This document shows, piece after piece, positions 24,158 through 36,890 of a DNA stretch of 64,000 nucleotides. The notes beneath the pieces were generated by a model, which saw nothing but the letters and a program-made list of their open reading frames with translations, was not told the origin of the DNA and did not search any database. Both the position numbers and the translations under genes were made by a program. The stretch is from contig CM060732.1 of NCBI GenBank assembly GCA_030704615.1, forward strand, positions 57,598,001 to 57,662,000, in the 5' to 3' direction. This stretch comes from Takakia lepidozioides. Taxonomy: Eukaryota; Plantae; Bryophyta. Position 1 is the stretch's first letter. The number at the start of each line of letters is the position of its first letter.

Positions 24158-27100
24158 TCAAGCAGTCCGACCTATATCATGCCGTAGGGCCTTGTGTAGC
24201 TCGTTGAAGCTCAGTGTTGGAGCATGGATGAAGACGTCCACTGCGGATATGCAACTCATGCGCTTCAGAAAAATATAATGAAGGTGTTTGCAGGGGACGT
24301 ATGCTGCATTCTTCGATTCCATAACAAGGAAGTCTTCACAGTTGCAAGCTGGGTACTGAGAAACCGTGATTGCATACACGACATTGCGCGCAGCAAACCC
24401 GGCTGTTGACAACTGAAATATGCGCCCAATCCCGGGGTGAGGAACATCCCTGCAACCTTGCACTATGTAGGGCATTGCAAGAGCGTTGGCCATCCTGGTG
24501 TTGTTCGCCTTTGTTGGTGGCCGCCGTCTTTTCAGTTTCCCCCACCGATGGGTGGGCCAAGCTGCGGGGTCGTCCACCGGTATGCGGGGTGAAGAGCTTC
24601 TCGTGGGAGGAGGATGACGACTAGAATTGGATTTCGTGGAACGTCTGTCCTCTCCACCAGTCGAAACCCTGCACTTCCTAGAGCGTCTGCCTCCTCCAGG
24701 GTAAGATCTGTACCAGTTGCCACAGGCCAGACTGCTGGTGGTTCAGGCATGCCTTGTACACCATACGTGGGCTTGCCGAACACACACGACATGATGTCGT
24801 GCCTGCAGAACCAAAACTCCTTCAGTGTGGCCTCCACAAACTTTGCGCACACATATCTCTCTGTGAAGCAAGGGGCAGGCACACCGCCCTGCGGGCTCCT
24901 CCGAATCATCTCATTGCATCTCTGCTTGGTGTCGACACGAACAGCACAACATTTTCCACGAAATGACGGACGGGTCCGTGCAATTCTCCACTGCGAGGCC
25001 GACACATCTCGCTCCACGATTGGAATGTTGTATTGGGTAACGATAATAGGAGCGACATGCTCATCCTCGGCATGTTGTCCCGAGTCTGGCAGCGATTCCA
25101 TGGATGCTGCAGGAGAGGGGGTACGAGTCCTGCTGGGAGGAGGCGTGGGACGCAACATCGTTGCGCCCCGAGGTCGAGTGCGGATGTTCATATCTGATCT
25201 CCATGAATCGCCGTCGCCTCCGGGCATGTCCTCAATTCTTCTCTTCACCGGCCGGCTGCGGACATCGCCCTCCAGGCAGTTCCCCCGACTGTGTAACGGC
25301 CTTGACCTTATTGTTTCCCGCAATGCAGCAGTCCATTTTTTGGGATCGGTCGAACGATGCGCCGCCCTCATCAGCATCTTCTGCCTGTCTGGTCTGATAC
25401 CCCATTGCTTTCCTCCCAGAAACTGGTAGTAACGAGATTGTTGCATGATGGCCCTCACAATATCTTCTGTTGTTGCTGTCAACATGTCAACGAGATGTGC
25501 CGCAGAGGAAGCACGCCAGGAAGAGTGCACCGATTCGGCCATGTTCGTCGTCGGCATATCTGTGTCATCCTCCAAGCTCATGTCCTGTTGCAGGAAAATT
25601 AGAAATGTCACTCATTGTGGAGAATGTCCAAGCACAAAACAGAATAATTGTCAAGTACAGAAATGTGTTACCTGTCTCATGTAGTCTCCAAACTGCCGGA
25701 ATCTATAGTGCCACCACGCAAGCCACGTTTGCAGTTCTGGCTGATCTTTCACATCCACTGCCCCTGAAGACACCCACCAGGCGCATATGGTTGCAAACTC
25801 GGTCTCCGCCTCGTCGATGGAATTCGCATTTTTCCACGCAAGGCACATACTGATATAATCCTGCCGGTGGCGTGACGCCACGAACCTTTTTGTGTTTTGC
25901 GTCAAACTCTGCATGAAGTGAAACCCGCAAGATCTCTCATTACCTTCCATTGGAGTCTTTGGGTCGTCCCCATATACCCTCCTCACTGCAGCCCAGTTCG
26001 CCTGGGCATTGTCAGCCATGAAGCCCCTAAAATCAGGAGGGGGCAACTTTGTTCTCGCCATTTGCTCATTAATTCCGCGCCACATATGCAACTCCGAATC
26101 TGTGTCTTCTCCTTTCATTTCGCAGATAGCAATGGTCATCAACTTTATGCAATGTGGGTCGTATACATGTGCCCCCATTGTCACCCAATCGTGGTTGGTA
26201 ATTCACCTGATGTGGTCGAACATGACCCAGCAATTTGAGAGGTCTCCACTGGTCATCCACTTCACCAAATCGACACCGCTCCCCGGTCCGCACGTTGACA
26301 ACTTAAATATGAAGCACTTGTTCGTCTCTGAGCCTTGACCAGGAAAGAAGCTGCCCTGGATGAAGTCGTAGCCGCGTGTGCACTTCAGTTCCAAGATGAA
26401 GTGCATGTATGATCCTCTTCCGATTCGTTTCTTACAGCCGACAATGTGGTTCCTGACATTGGGGCTGCACACATGGGAGATAGCTTCCAGCAGCTCCTTC
26501 ACCCCTCGTCCAACTTCTCTCTTGTGCTTCCGTCCTCCGACATTATTCTGCCAATTGCAATTCTATGTGCGGATGCGAGCTGTATTTGCTTTGGTTTTGC
26601 TCCCGGCCTCAACCTCACCTCCTCCTTGATAATATCGTGGGCTTGTTGAAAAACGACTCTGCAATTGCCTCTGGCGACGGGGTGGTCATGCTTTCCGATG
26701 TGAATGCATGCTCTGGTGCACGCTGGGCCGACGGTCCCGACGTAGTACTGCTTGGCGTTGCACACTGCCATGCACGTAGGGGCTGCGTTGCAATGGGCGC
26801 ACTTGAACGTCCCTGCAGGAACTCTACCTTGAGGCCAAAATGGGGTCGACGAATTGCCAATCCAGTCTGTCTCATTCCGGGGGCCTTTGCTCGTGTAGTG
26901 GTAACATGTGCTCAAGAAACATTTAAGATGCCCAGCACACAATACATATCTCACTCGAACTCCATCACCCAGGTTGGACGATGAAGTTTTGGTGACACAC
27001 CAAGGGTGGCCGTCATGTTTCCTGTTCATTCCTGCCAGCATGTCGTCTGGGCCTACGCCTGCCGGCACTGGAGGGAACTCGTAGATAGCATTCCCATCCA

Positions 27101-27782
27101 CAACTTCAGACAAAGTTTCCACAGAATGGATTGGAGTTTTGTCGTAATCAAGCCTAAGAAGGTCACTGGAGCGAGAACCCGCTGTCTTCATCCTCCGCAA
27201 TATGTCGATTATTGAGCGGACGGAAGTTGAGTCGGAGGGTGTATGCTCATTGTCTGTCGACATCTGAACACTCCTAGTGCCGGACGATTTCGAAACATAC
27301 GATGGAAGGACCATACAGTCTTCATCGTCACTGGATAAGTTGTGGACGACTGTTTCCCTGTTTTCATCTATTTCCCTTTTCACATGTTTGGGCTTCTCTG
27401 CTTGTGAAGATGTGCCCACATCCCTCATGGCAGACTTCACATCGTGCACGCTAGACCCTTTTGTGGAAGGAGGATCAACCAAGTTCCAGCGTGGGAACTC
27501 TTTAGGCACGATTTCACCAATTGCACTGTACCGGATGGATTCAGAAGCTGGGAGCCGCCACTCTTTGCCCTTTCCAAAATCTACATGCAGAATGACGGCA
27601 CTTTCCAGAAAATTTCCATAAGCATCCTTCGTCTCCTCTTCCAAAAACACCGTTCCAAGACGAAGCCCGAACTTCACACACAAGTACTGCTCAGTGACAA
27701 TCGCAAATCCTTGGTCGCAGGGTATTTTAGCTTTCAGAGAATCAGGATGGAAGTACACGTTTACCCAAACACGGGAGTCCAT
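24158..27782 (-). pseudogene. Mutator-type transposase: GCM/WRKY-like Zn domain, DDE core, SWIM finger
   Basis: CAGHLKC..CAHC..C..GKHDHP, WVMFDH, FMADNA..CGFH (CxxH), TTNMAESVH and SWIM CNCEDF..CKH. Intron 25585-25671. Frameshifts at ~26502 and ~24575, stop at ~26203. Confidence 0.85.
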
Positions 27783-28029
27783 GTTGAAGACCGCAACTCT
27801 CAGTAGGCTCCGCAGCGAAGTCCTGCAATGAGAACAGTGTGTCATACATAATACCACAATCATTTTCTGGAGGATTCTGTATCCAACAGGATCGGTGATC
27901 AGTGCACGTATGGATGAAGGTGTGTAACGTACGTTACAAATACGAACGACCACAACAAATTCACATCGGAAATTGGGTACCTGAATTGTGATGTACCACC
28001 AGTTGAGCTACAATAAATCAGGCTTTCTT

Positions 28030-29630
28030 ATGAATTTCGGCACCGAAATCCGGATGAACATCTCTGTCATATAACAGATTTGGAAGCCACGGGATGAATT
28101 CCGGCGACAGAATTCGAAATTAGTTCACCTCATGAAACTGAGCAAGCACCCGACGGATGGATTTCGGTGTCGAAATTCGGATGAACATGTTCTTCATGAA
28201 ATTGTTTCTGCACATAAATGATGAATTTCGACGCCGAAATACGGATGAATGTGTTCGTGATTAGAGTCATGATTCACCACGTGTAAGGATTTCGGTGCCG
28301 AAATCCGGATGAGAGTAATCCTGAATCGACAGTAGGGATGAATTTCGCCGACGAAATTCATCGTTCGCATGGGAAAAATATTATTGGAGGGAGGACGTTG
28401 GATGAATTTCAGCGCCAAAATTCATTCTTCTTCTGTTTTTTCGAATGTCTTATGCTGTCCTGCGGATGAATTTCGGCGCCGAAATTCATCCGAAGTTCTC
28501 CCTTCATTTTATTTTTCTTTGCGACCGATGAATTTCGGCGCCAAAATTCATCCAAAGTCCTCCCTTCAAATAATTCTTTTTCTTTGCGAGCAATGAATTT
28601 CGGCGCCGAAATTCATCCGAAGTCATCTCTCCAATTTTTTTTCAGGGTTCGAGCGCTGGATTTCGGCGCCAAAATTCATCCAAAGTCCTCCAATATTTAT
28701 TTTTCTTTGAGATCGATGAATTTTGGCGCTGAAATTCATCCTTACTGTCGGCAAATGGTAACTCCAATATTACATTTTCCATGCGACGGATGAATTTTGG
28801 CGCTGAAATTCATCCAAACCCGACACTTACTTCTTGCTTCTAGATGATGTAAGGTTCCGAAATTCATTTCAAATAACCCATTCAGACAAAGAAAACACGA
28901 ATATTGTGCATTAAATGGAGAAATCGATACATTTAACCACTTTTGTCTTTCAGACGAAAGGGGATATTTTCTCAGGTTGGGGGAAAATGAATTGCATTTT
29001 AGCCGTTGTTTTCATTTGAAACTGACCGAATCCATTAAGTGGTCATTTCTCGTACAGGAGGTTGTCGCAAATAAAGTATAATTTCGGCGCCGAAATTATA
29101 CATAACAGTCCAGACATGGCACGTCCAACAGGCATGGACAGCAACTGCGAGGGGCACTGATGGCCGCAAAGCGTGACATAGTGCCGGTTTACTGTTCGGG
29201 TTGGATGTATTTCGGCGCCGAAATATGGATGATTTCAGCTCGTTTGCTCGCGGACGGAGATATTGTTAATGAATATCGGCGCCGAAATATGGATGAAATG
29301 TGCCCCAGTGCAGCATTCTGCAAAGATCCGGAATTAATTCCGGATCCGATATCCGACTGACAGGTGTGCTCCTGACGGATAAGGACTGGGGAAGCGATGA
29401 ATTTCGGCGCCGAAATTCATATGTTTGTGTATGAAAGCACTTGCATAGGATGAATTTCGGCGACGAAATTCATCTGTCCGCTGATGAAACGTGCCGACCT
29501 GACTTTTGAATGTCGGTAGGCAGGGAAATTTCATGGCGGTTGGGTTTCATGATGTGCGGATAGTGCATTCAATGCGGGCTGCTCCGGGGACAGCATCCGG
29601 TGAACGGAACGGTATTTCGGCGCCGCAATT
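28030..29630. repeat. Array of ~20 palindromes (GATGA)ATTTCGGCGCCGAAAT(TCATC) in the divergent promoter region
   Basis: Copies every ~60-65 bp from 28160 to 28860, with more to 29630. Perfect 26-bp palindromes occur, e.g. near 28466. Confidence 0.9.
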
Positions 29631-30142
29631 CGGATAAAGCGTCTTCTACTGCTGGCTTGAACAGGCACACGTCGCATTCCAGTCGACTTCATCCGTGCGA
29701 ACATGTCAGGGGTTGCAATCTCTTCATCACCCATACGGCGGAAAGTGGTGGACGGTGGCAACGCTTGGGGAGACGTGGCTGCTTGCGCATCTGCTCGTGC
29801 ACAGTGGTTGCATGTTCCACCGCTTCACTCTCTCACTCCTTGCCCTTCTGCGGTGACATTCTCCTGCGTTTCCTCTCCTTATGCAGCATAGTGATAGCAT
29901 AGAGTTTGTGGAAGGTCAGGCAACTCCGACGCAGAGAAGAAAGACGCGGGATTTTGGGAAGCCGCCGACGACACGACTTAAGCTTCGTCTCATGCAGGAA
30001 ATGCAGACCTCGTTATCCGGACACTCGGATCGCCCACCAGTGAGAGATTCGTGCTTCGCGGATGTGAAGCACTCCATACGCACTATTCCTTTTACACCTT
30101 TTTTTTTGCGTGCAGTGTGCCATGTTTTCCTGTTTGTTTGAC

Positions 30143-33100
30143 ATGGGAGCTGGGGAGGGATCGCAAGGGGGCGAGCCAACACAGTCAACTTTGGATACTC
30201 CTACCCGGGTGCTGCGATCGCAAGGTGGAAGTGCATCGAGGCAGGCGACTCCTCACAAAACACCTCAGAAATCTCCTCAGAAAAGTCCACCTAGAGTCTG
30301 GAAGACGAAGAAGCAAAAAGAGCCCATGGCTTTGCCTGTAAAACCACTTGGGAGACTGGAAGCCGAGATATTGGGTTTGCAGGCAGTTTTAGGAAACACG
30401 GATGCGGTGGAGGCCGCTGGAGATGTCGGACTCGGATCTGCAGAAGGGCGGCCCATTGAGCTGACAGAAGTAGAGGACGACAACGTGGTGCAACTTGACG
30501 ACTTCCCAGGATATCAGAACCTGGTGAAGCTTGCGGAGGAGCAAAACCTCCAAGACGGCAGACAAGCTGGTGAGACAGGTGAGAGAAATGAGAGAGGTGA
30601 TAGAAGTCAAAAACTGGTGGCGAGTATGCTCATGAGCGCACGAGACATGAACATAGCAGCAAACAGGTTGCTGGCAGAGACTCATAGTAACATAGGCCGC
30701 GTTTTGGGCTCCATGGTGTATCCGGAGAACCTCAAAGTTCCTTTGTGTCACATGGTTAGCCTTCTAGTTGTAAGGCAAGCACTGTCAGGGGACATCGATC
30801 GACTGAAGCACAACTTCAAAGAGGGGTACAGACGGGGGTCGGCAGCATTCTACGTTTCCATTGAGAAAGACGATGGTGTCACAAGGGGCCCCACTGCAAA
30901 GGAGCTTCAGAATTGGAGCCCCCACTGGCACACTGGAAATGTCGAGTTTGAAGCCTCTCTGAAGACTATTCCCACATTCGCACACATGGCAGGGAAGATG
31001 TTCTTCGTTTGGGACGGGAACCACATGATGCTTGCCTAGACAAAATACATTGCTGAAATGCATCCGCAAGATATCAATTGGCATTACATGGTGGACTGCA
31101 TTGTCGTGAAGGTGGACGTCAGGGACAGAGGACTGCTGAAGGGTGCCATGGCGGATATAAATCTGTAAGTATACTACTACATCCTTGTGTAGTGCCTATT
31201 GCGGTGCCAAAATAGGCAATGTTCTTGACTGTCATCCACTCTATGAACTGGAAATTGGATTGTTGTGCCGAAATCTGGTTATTTTTGTATCACAGAGTGC
31301 AAGAAGTGGGCACAGCACCGCTGACGGACTTCCAAAAATCCCTCGATCTCGAGCTGTACAGGAAGTCCCTTGCGAAAGCGGATCGCACTTGGTACCGACC
31401 AACACTGGACACCATGGTGGAGATCCTCTATTTGGTGAGGTTCATCTCAAATTTCCCGATTTAATGTTATTTGTTGCAGGGATCAGTGGCCTGACTGTAT
31501 CCGCTGGGTATGGGAATGCAGACGAACATCAGGGATGACTTGGCCTATGCCAAAAGGTAGTTCTTTGAGAGTGATGCCCCCAACAAGGCGGACGCGTCGA
31601 TAGAGAGTCACATTGTGCAGGCACGGAGGCAATCACGGACCAAGTACAGGTCCAAACTTGTGAAGCAAGTTGCAATCGCTGACCCTGGTCTTGGTGCCGA
31701 GTTCCTGGCGGAGATAGGACTGCATTACTCCAGACCCATGAAACCGGAAATGTCCATGGAGAAACTTCATCACATCGCAGTGTCCTGTGTTAAGCCGGCG
31801 GAGAAGGTTAGCATGTGTTTGTTCTTGTTTTGTGTCTTCTCGTGATTCTCATGATGAGGTTTTTTTGTCTGACCGATGTTAGGCCATGCAGACGAGGTGG
31901 CTGCGAATCTGGAACGGCCATACAAACACGAAGCTGTTGTACCACTTTCCAATCGAGCCAACAGACGACAAAATGAACGACTGGCTCAATGTGATGACTT
32001 GGTGGCATCAGGTATAATTTCCTCCTCTTCTGTGTGTTGGACATCATCGCAATTTCAAATTTATGAATGTTTTGGAGACCTGCACTGCTGCAGGTACTGA
32101 CCCACGCCCAGGAGCAATTGAAATGCAACACCACCACTTTCAAGTTACAGATCGACTGGACGAAACCGGAGACAATGGAGAACTACGTGCAGTCCTGGCG
32201 AGGGCGCTTCGCAAACCTCTTTTTCAGAGAAATTGCAAAGGCAAGACGCAGCGTATACATCGAAGAGCAGGAGGGTGCCGACAAAGCAGCAATGTGAGTC
32301 ATGTTCAGGTAATCTGCTGCCAATGCATCCCCCTATTTGTAGTTTTGAGGATTTAGCTAAGCAGCGGTAGGTATTGCGGCGCCGAAATATACCTCTGCAA
32401 GATGTGAATGTTGGGTAATTGGGGCACGGTCCACTGCGTATTTCGGTGCCGAAATACCTTTTGCATTCAGAACTTTCTCTTGCATGATGCATCAGTAGCA
32501 TGATTTTTGTTGAACTGGCTCGTGATTGCAGGTACATAAATTTTGCTCTCATTCCGTCCGGAGCCATTCAAAGGGTTCCACCATTCTTCCTGCACGTAGA
32601 GGACACCTGGAGGTCGTGGTACGATGTACACAGAAGTAATGGCGAAGGAGTGGCATGCCGAGCATTTGGTAGACTGTCCCTGGTATGTGGATCTCCCAAG
32701 TGGGACCGTTGACCTCTCGGAGGTTAACTTGAAGAAGGAAGCGAATGCCCGGGCTATGAAGGCGCATTTGGATCCCCAACCAGAGGACGCGGAAAATTGA
32801 AAGCAGAGGAGGCAGCAAAGCAGAAAGCACTGAGAAAGTCAGCCAAGGCGGCAGCGTTGGCAAAGGAGCAGATGGAGAAGCAGACAGCTGAGCAGCCCAA
32901 GGACAGGAAGAAAAGAACGCGCAAATAGCGGCAAGAGACGAAGAGCCCCACACCCAAGAAGAAGAAGCAGCAACATAGTCAACCAGATGACGAGGATTCC
33001 GACGACGATTTCCAGCAGGATAACACCCAGGGAGCCACACCTTGTCCGAAAATTCACAAGGGCCAGCGCTCCGGGAGTTCGGCTACGAAGAGATCACTAT

Positions 33101-34503
33101 ATGAAGATGCACCTGGTAGACCATACCGTGCGGTGCACATTGCGGGCAGGGAAGTCCTCAAAACACCCACAATTGTGGAGTGTTAATGAAAGTTTCCTAA
33201 CTGCTCTGACCAGAAGGCTGGAGAAAACGAGATTGAGAAAGGCGATCAAGGCCCACCAGGGGAAGGGGAAGAGGAAGGCCACTGGCAATGATATGGAGGA
33301 CACCCCGGCTACACAAAGATGATGCAATATTTTGTGGCGATGAGCCTCTGTTCTGCCAATTTCTGCGTCGAAATTGCCCATGTACGTGTAGGCCACCTCT
33401 CACGTTCTCCTTTCCTTCTTTGCAGACTCTTATCTTTCAGGCATTCTGCTTCGTGAAGGAACATTCGAAATTCAAATTACGTCAAGCAGACAGACTTGTT
33501 GATTCCACAGTTGATCCACTGGAGTATAACGTCCTGTTCAACCATGTGGGAGAGAAGGACATGCTTTGTGATTTGTCGGGCAAGCCTTGGAGGTATGGCA
33601 GGACCAGGAGTCATGCATTCATCCAGACTTTCATGGAAACGTGTACGGATGTTGAAGGCAGGGTCCTCGACGTCACTGCTAATACAGGTGAGAGCGTTCA
33701 GTGATTGCGGCGCCGAAATTGACACCGTTTCCGATTGTCTTTGTTTGCTTGCGCGAGGAAGCGAGCCATTCTTGACTTTGGCTTTGGTTGTGTCGTATGA
33801 ATTTGCAGGTGCCTGTATGTGGGCGGGAAGGATGTCCAACCGATTTGTGTTCTTATTTGAGGGGGATACGGCCTTGTATAATTTCAATTTGGCGGGCATA
33901 CAGCGTCTGCCTCCGACTGAGGATCCCAACAACGCAGAAGAGGACGTGGAAGGGGAGGAGGAAGAGGACGAGGAGGAAGTCCAGGAAATTCGTCTAATGC
34001 AGGGGCGCCCGAAGCCGCTTCTTGCAATGCCGGTCTTCGAGTGAGTTGCATAGTAAGTGTATTGGTTTCGGTTGTAGGGACCATGCAACTTGCCGATGAT
34101 TCCCTGTTTGGATGTTCTAATGTGCTTCATTCTGTGTTTGTGCGTACACTCAGCCTTGCAGAGTTGTCCGACGAGGAAATGCTGGGAGACTTGCCCGAAT
34201 CGGATCCTGTTGCAAAGGAGGAGACATAATCGGATCGGCCATTCTTTGCCAGAAAATCGTTTCTTGCGAGTCCCCAAAAGCCCTTTTCTTCTACCAGCCT
34301 ATGCAGACACGGCTGCCAGAGAAGCCATCAGGAGGGAGGATAGGCCTACTCGGTTTGAGCAATTGATATTCGGGAAGGAGCAGAGAATTATAATGAGGCG
34401 TCAGGCCAAACATGGAATTATGAAAGGCAGAGTAGGCAAGTTCGTCATAGAATCTGCGTCTGAGAGCGAGGGGGATGATGAGGACAGTTCCGCACCCAGT
34501 TAG
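30143..34503 (+). pseudogene. Multi-exon gene: N-terminal ParB/Srx-like domain and C-terminal N4/N6 amino-methyltransferase-like SAM-binding region
   Basis: VPLCHM..VRQAL..DIDRLK..FFVWDGNHM resembles ParB DGxHR. Spliced FIQTFMETCTDVEGRVLDVTANTG/ACMWAGRMSNRFVFLFEGD resembles VLDPFxGSG..GRxxxGxE. GT-AG introns, e.g. from 31165 and 33688. Stop at 31037. The 3' end is approximate. Confidence 0.6.
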
Positions 34504-35456
34504 ACAGTTCCAGCTGGTGAGGATGGTATTTTTGAGGGGAGGGCTTCTCAGAGTAACAGCGGTAGTGGCAGTGCAGGTTCGGAGGCAGGTGGAAGGCAGC
34601 CATCCTTGCATGAGGCCGGGGATGCATCGGACAGTGATCGCAAGTCTCATTTGGATCCTTCTGTTGTACAGTTCTGAAACACTTAATGAAATTATTGACG
34701 ATTTTTGAAATCATTGTGTTCAGACTACCTGTCCGATTCCCAACATTTCTTCCGCAAACCAGAATGTAATAATAAAAGCAGAAGAGACGCAAAGTAAAGG
34801 AAAGAACCCTACAAGTAATTTATGCACACCAGCGAACCGCGAACTAGAAGCCATGAAAACACTGTCGTTTCTAATATTCCTATTGGGAATTTCGGCGCCG
34901 AAATAGCCCAGTGTGCGCCTTCATAATATGGGCCTTATAAAATTCCACGTAGGAATTACTGCACCAAAATATCACGATGGAAGCCTTCAGCACAAGGCAC
35001 TTCAGCACATTCCACTTGGGTATTTCGGTGCCGAAATACCCCGGTGGAAGTCTTCAAAACGCCACTTTAGCACACTGCTCTTGGGAATTTCGGCGCCGAA
35101 ATACCAAGGTCGGTGGTTTTAGGACGCCGGTGGTTTTAGCACAATTTCTTCTCGTAATGTCGTGGCACCTTCTCTGTCAATCCCCTTCTAGCACCAGTCA
35201 TTTTCGATCGCCTGTGTGGATAGCCGTTGCCGGCCAATGGGGGCACGTATTGCCGTTGCCCTAGAGAAGATCACGACCTGGAAAGGGCAAAGAGGGTCAT
35301 GTTGACATCATTAAAGCTGGAATTGTACCAGGTTGCATTCCGCACGATACCCTGAGAGGGTATTCCACATTGGGTTTTCAATGTTTACATCTCCGTGTTG
35401 AAACACAACAGTGATTACTTGTCTCTCTTCATTCCCGGTGGGCACACACTTCCTCA

Positions 35457-36083
35457 ATGCCGCCCTGTGTAAATGCCTTTTGCATTCGACGAAGCGGGAT
35501 TCGAGGATCGCAATTGCGTGAGCCGGTGATGGGAAACATTATGGTGGAGTTGGACTTCAGTGAAGGTACACGCAGGGTGACGAGTTTCCGAGCACTTCTG
35601 TGGGATTCTCTTTGGGTGAGGCCTGCCAGTGGACAACAATGGATACTTGTTGTGCGAGATAGACCTGGAAGACGGAGTGTTCGTCTCTTCATCATGAGAT
35701 GTTGCTGCGGCGAGTTCTGGAGGTCTTACTACCATAACTATACTGCACCTCCACAGTATTTGCTCCCTGATAGGGCTCTTGAGTTGCTCACTCACTCTTC
35801 TGGGCCAGGGAATATATTGTTGACACTAAGGGAGAATCGGAACAGGTTTGTCCTGGATGTTTGCGAATTTCACGACGCTGTGGAGGAGGTCCTAATAAGA
35901 GGCCTCCAATATCTACATGTTTTCACGAACGTGACCTCTATAGATATTTTGTATCTTTATGTTCGCCATCTTAATCCAGAAAATGGCAATGCGCAGTGGA
36001 CGACTACCGCACCACTCCTTATTCTGGACCTGTGGTTCGACGACTCGGTGGTTCGTGTTGTGGATGTCAACGCAGCAGCATAG
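35457..36083 (+). CDS. Intronless 208-aa hypothetical protein (Mutator cargo ORF-B), paralog of 12743-13294
   Basis: Uninterrupted ATG-TAG frame. Preceded by four palindrome copies at 34888-35101. Confidence 0.65.
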   Translation: MPPCVNAFCIRRSGIRGSQLREPVMGNIMVELDFSEGTRRVTSFRALLWDSLWVRPASGQQWILVVRDRPGRRSVRLFIMRCCCGEFWRSYYHNYTAPPQYLLPDRALELLTHSSGPGNILLTLRENRNRFVLDVCEFHDAVEEVLIRGLQYLHVFTNVTSIDILYLYVRHLNPENGNAQWTTTAPLLILDLWFDDSVVRVVDVNAAA

Positions 36084-36621
36084 AGCGGTAAGGATCATTG
36101 TGGAGGGTGATTGGAGGGCACAGGCTCCGGGATATGGTAGTTCCACAGGTTTCTTATGCCGCAGTGGTATTTATGATGATGGAAGCTCGGAGTTGTCGTT
36201 GTACAAAATAAAAACTTGTGGTGTCCTGATGTTTTTATTTCGAGCGTGTACTCCGCAATCTCAATGCCTCGCTCCCGCAACACCCCAGCTGTTTATTGCT
36301 CCTTCCAGTCTCGGATATGTCTGCAATGGGGTTGGACTCATATATCACTAAATCCAACTATTAGATCTATCTTTTTATCCTTAGATGCAGGATGTGTGTG
36401 TGGAGACTCGGTATGAGGAAGCATACATGCTAAAAATTGTTTTACGAGATCAGATGTAAGACATCCATAAGGAGCTTTTGGGACGTTTTCTTCAAGAAAT
36501 GTTAACTACATTCCAAGTGAAAAGCACACAAATTAACATGTTAGAGGAAACAATGCCACAGTAGATTTTTTTTTTCACATTTCCTCGTTCGTGATAAGAG
36601 AAAATGTCGTATTTCCAGACA

Positions 36622-36890
36622 AATTATAGAGGTTGAGGAATTGTATTTTCTACTTTGCCTCAGGTGAAATGTTGTTTGTTCCCACATACATAGAGGCTAA
36701 AGTATTGTGCTTTCTACTTTGATTCGAGATGAAATGCAGCTTGTTCCCACATACAGTAGAGGCTAAAATATTGTGCTTTCTACTTTGCCTCGAGATGAAA
36801 TGCTGCTTGTTCCCACATACATAGAGGCTAAAGTATTGTACTTTCTACTTTGCTTCGAGGTGAAATGCTGTTTGTTCCCACATACAGCAA
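36622..36890. repeat. Four tandem ~67-bp units (GAGGCTAAAGTATTGT..TGTTCCCACATACA)
   Basis: Read directly. Confidence 0.85.

Noticed and set aside
24614-25429. 271-aa plus-strand ORF and similar long antisense ORFs (e.g. 33477-34277, 44242-44844, 19216-19755)
   Set aside because: Shadows of GC-rich or low-complexity coding sequence on the opposite strand; no motifs.
28030-29630. Palindromic repeats with variable spacers as a CRISPR array
   Set aside because: Repeats are degenerate, spacers are mutually related, and the motif is also dispersed in introns and termini.
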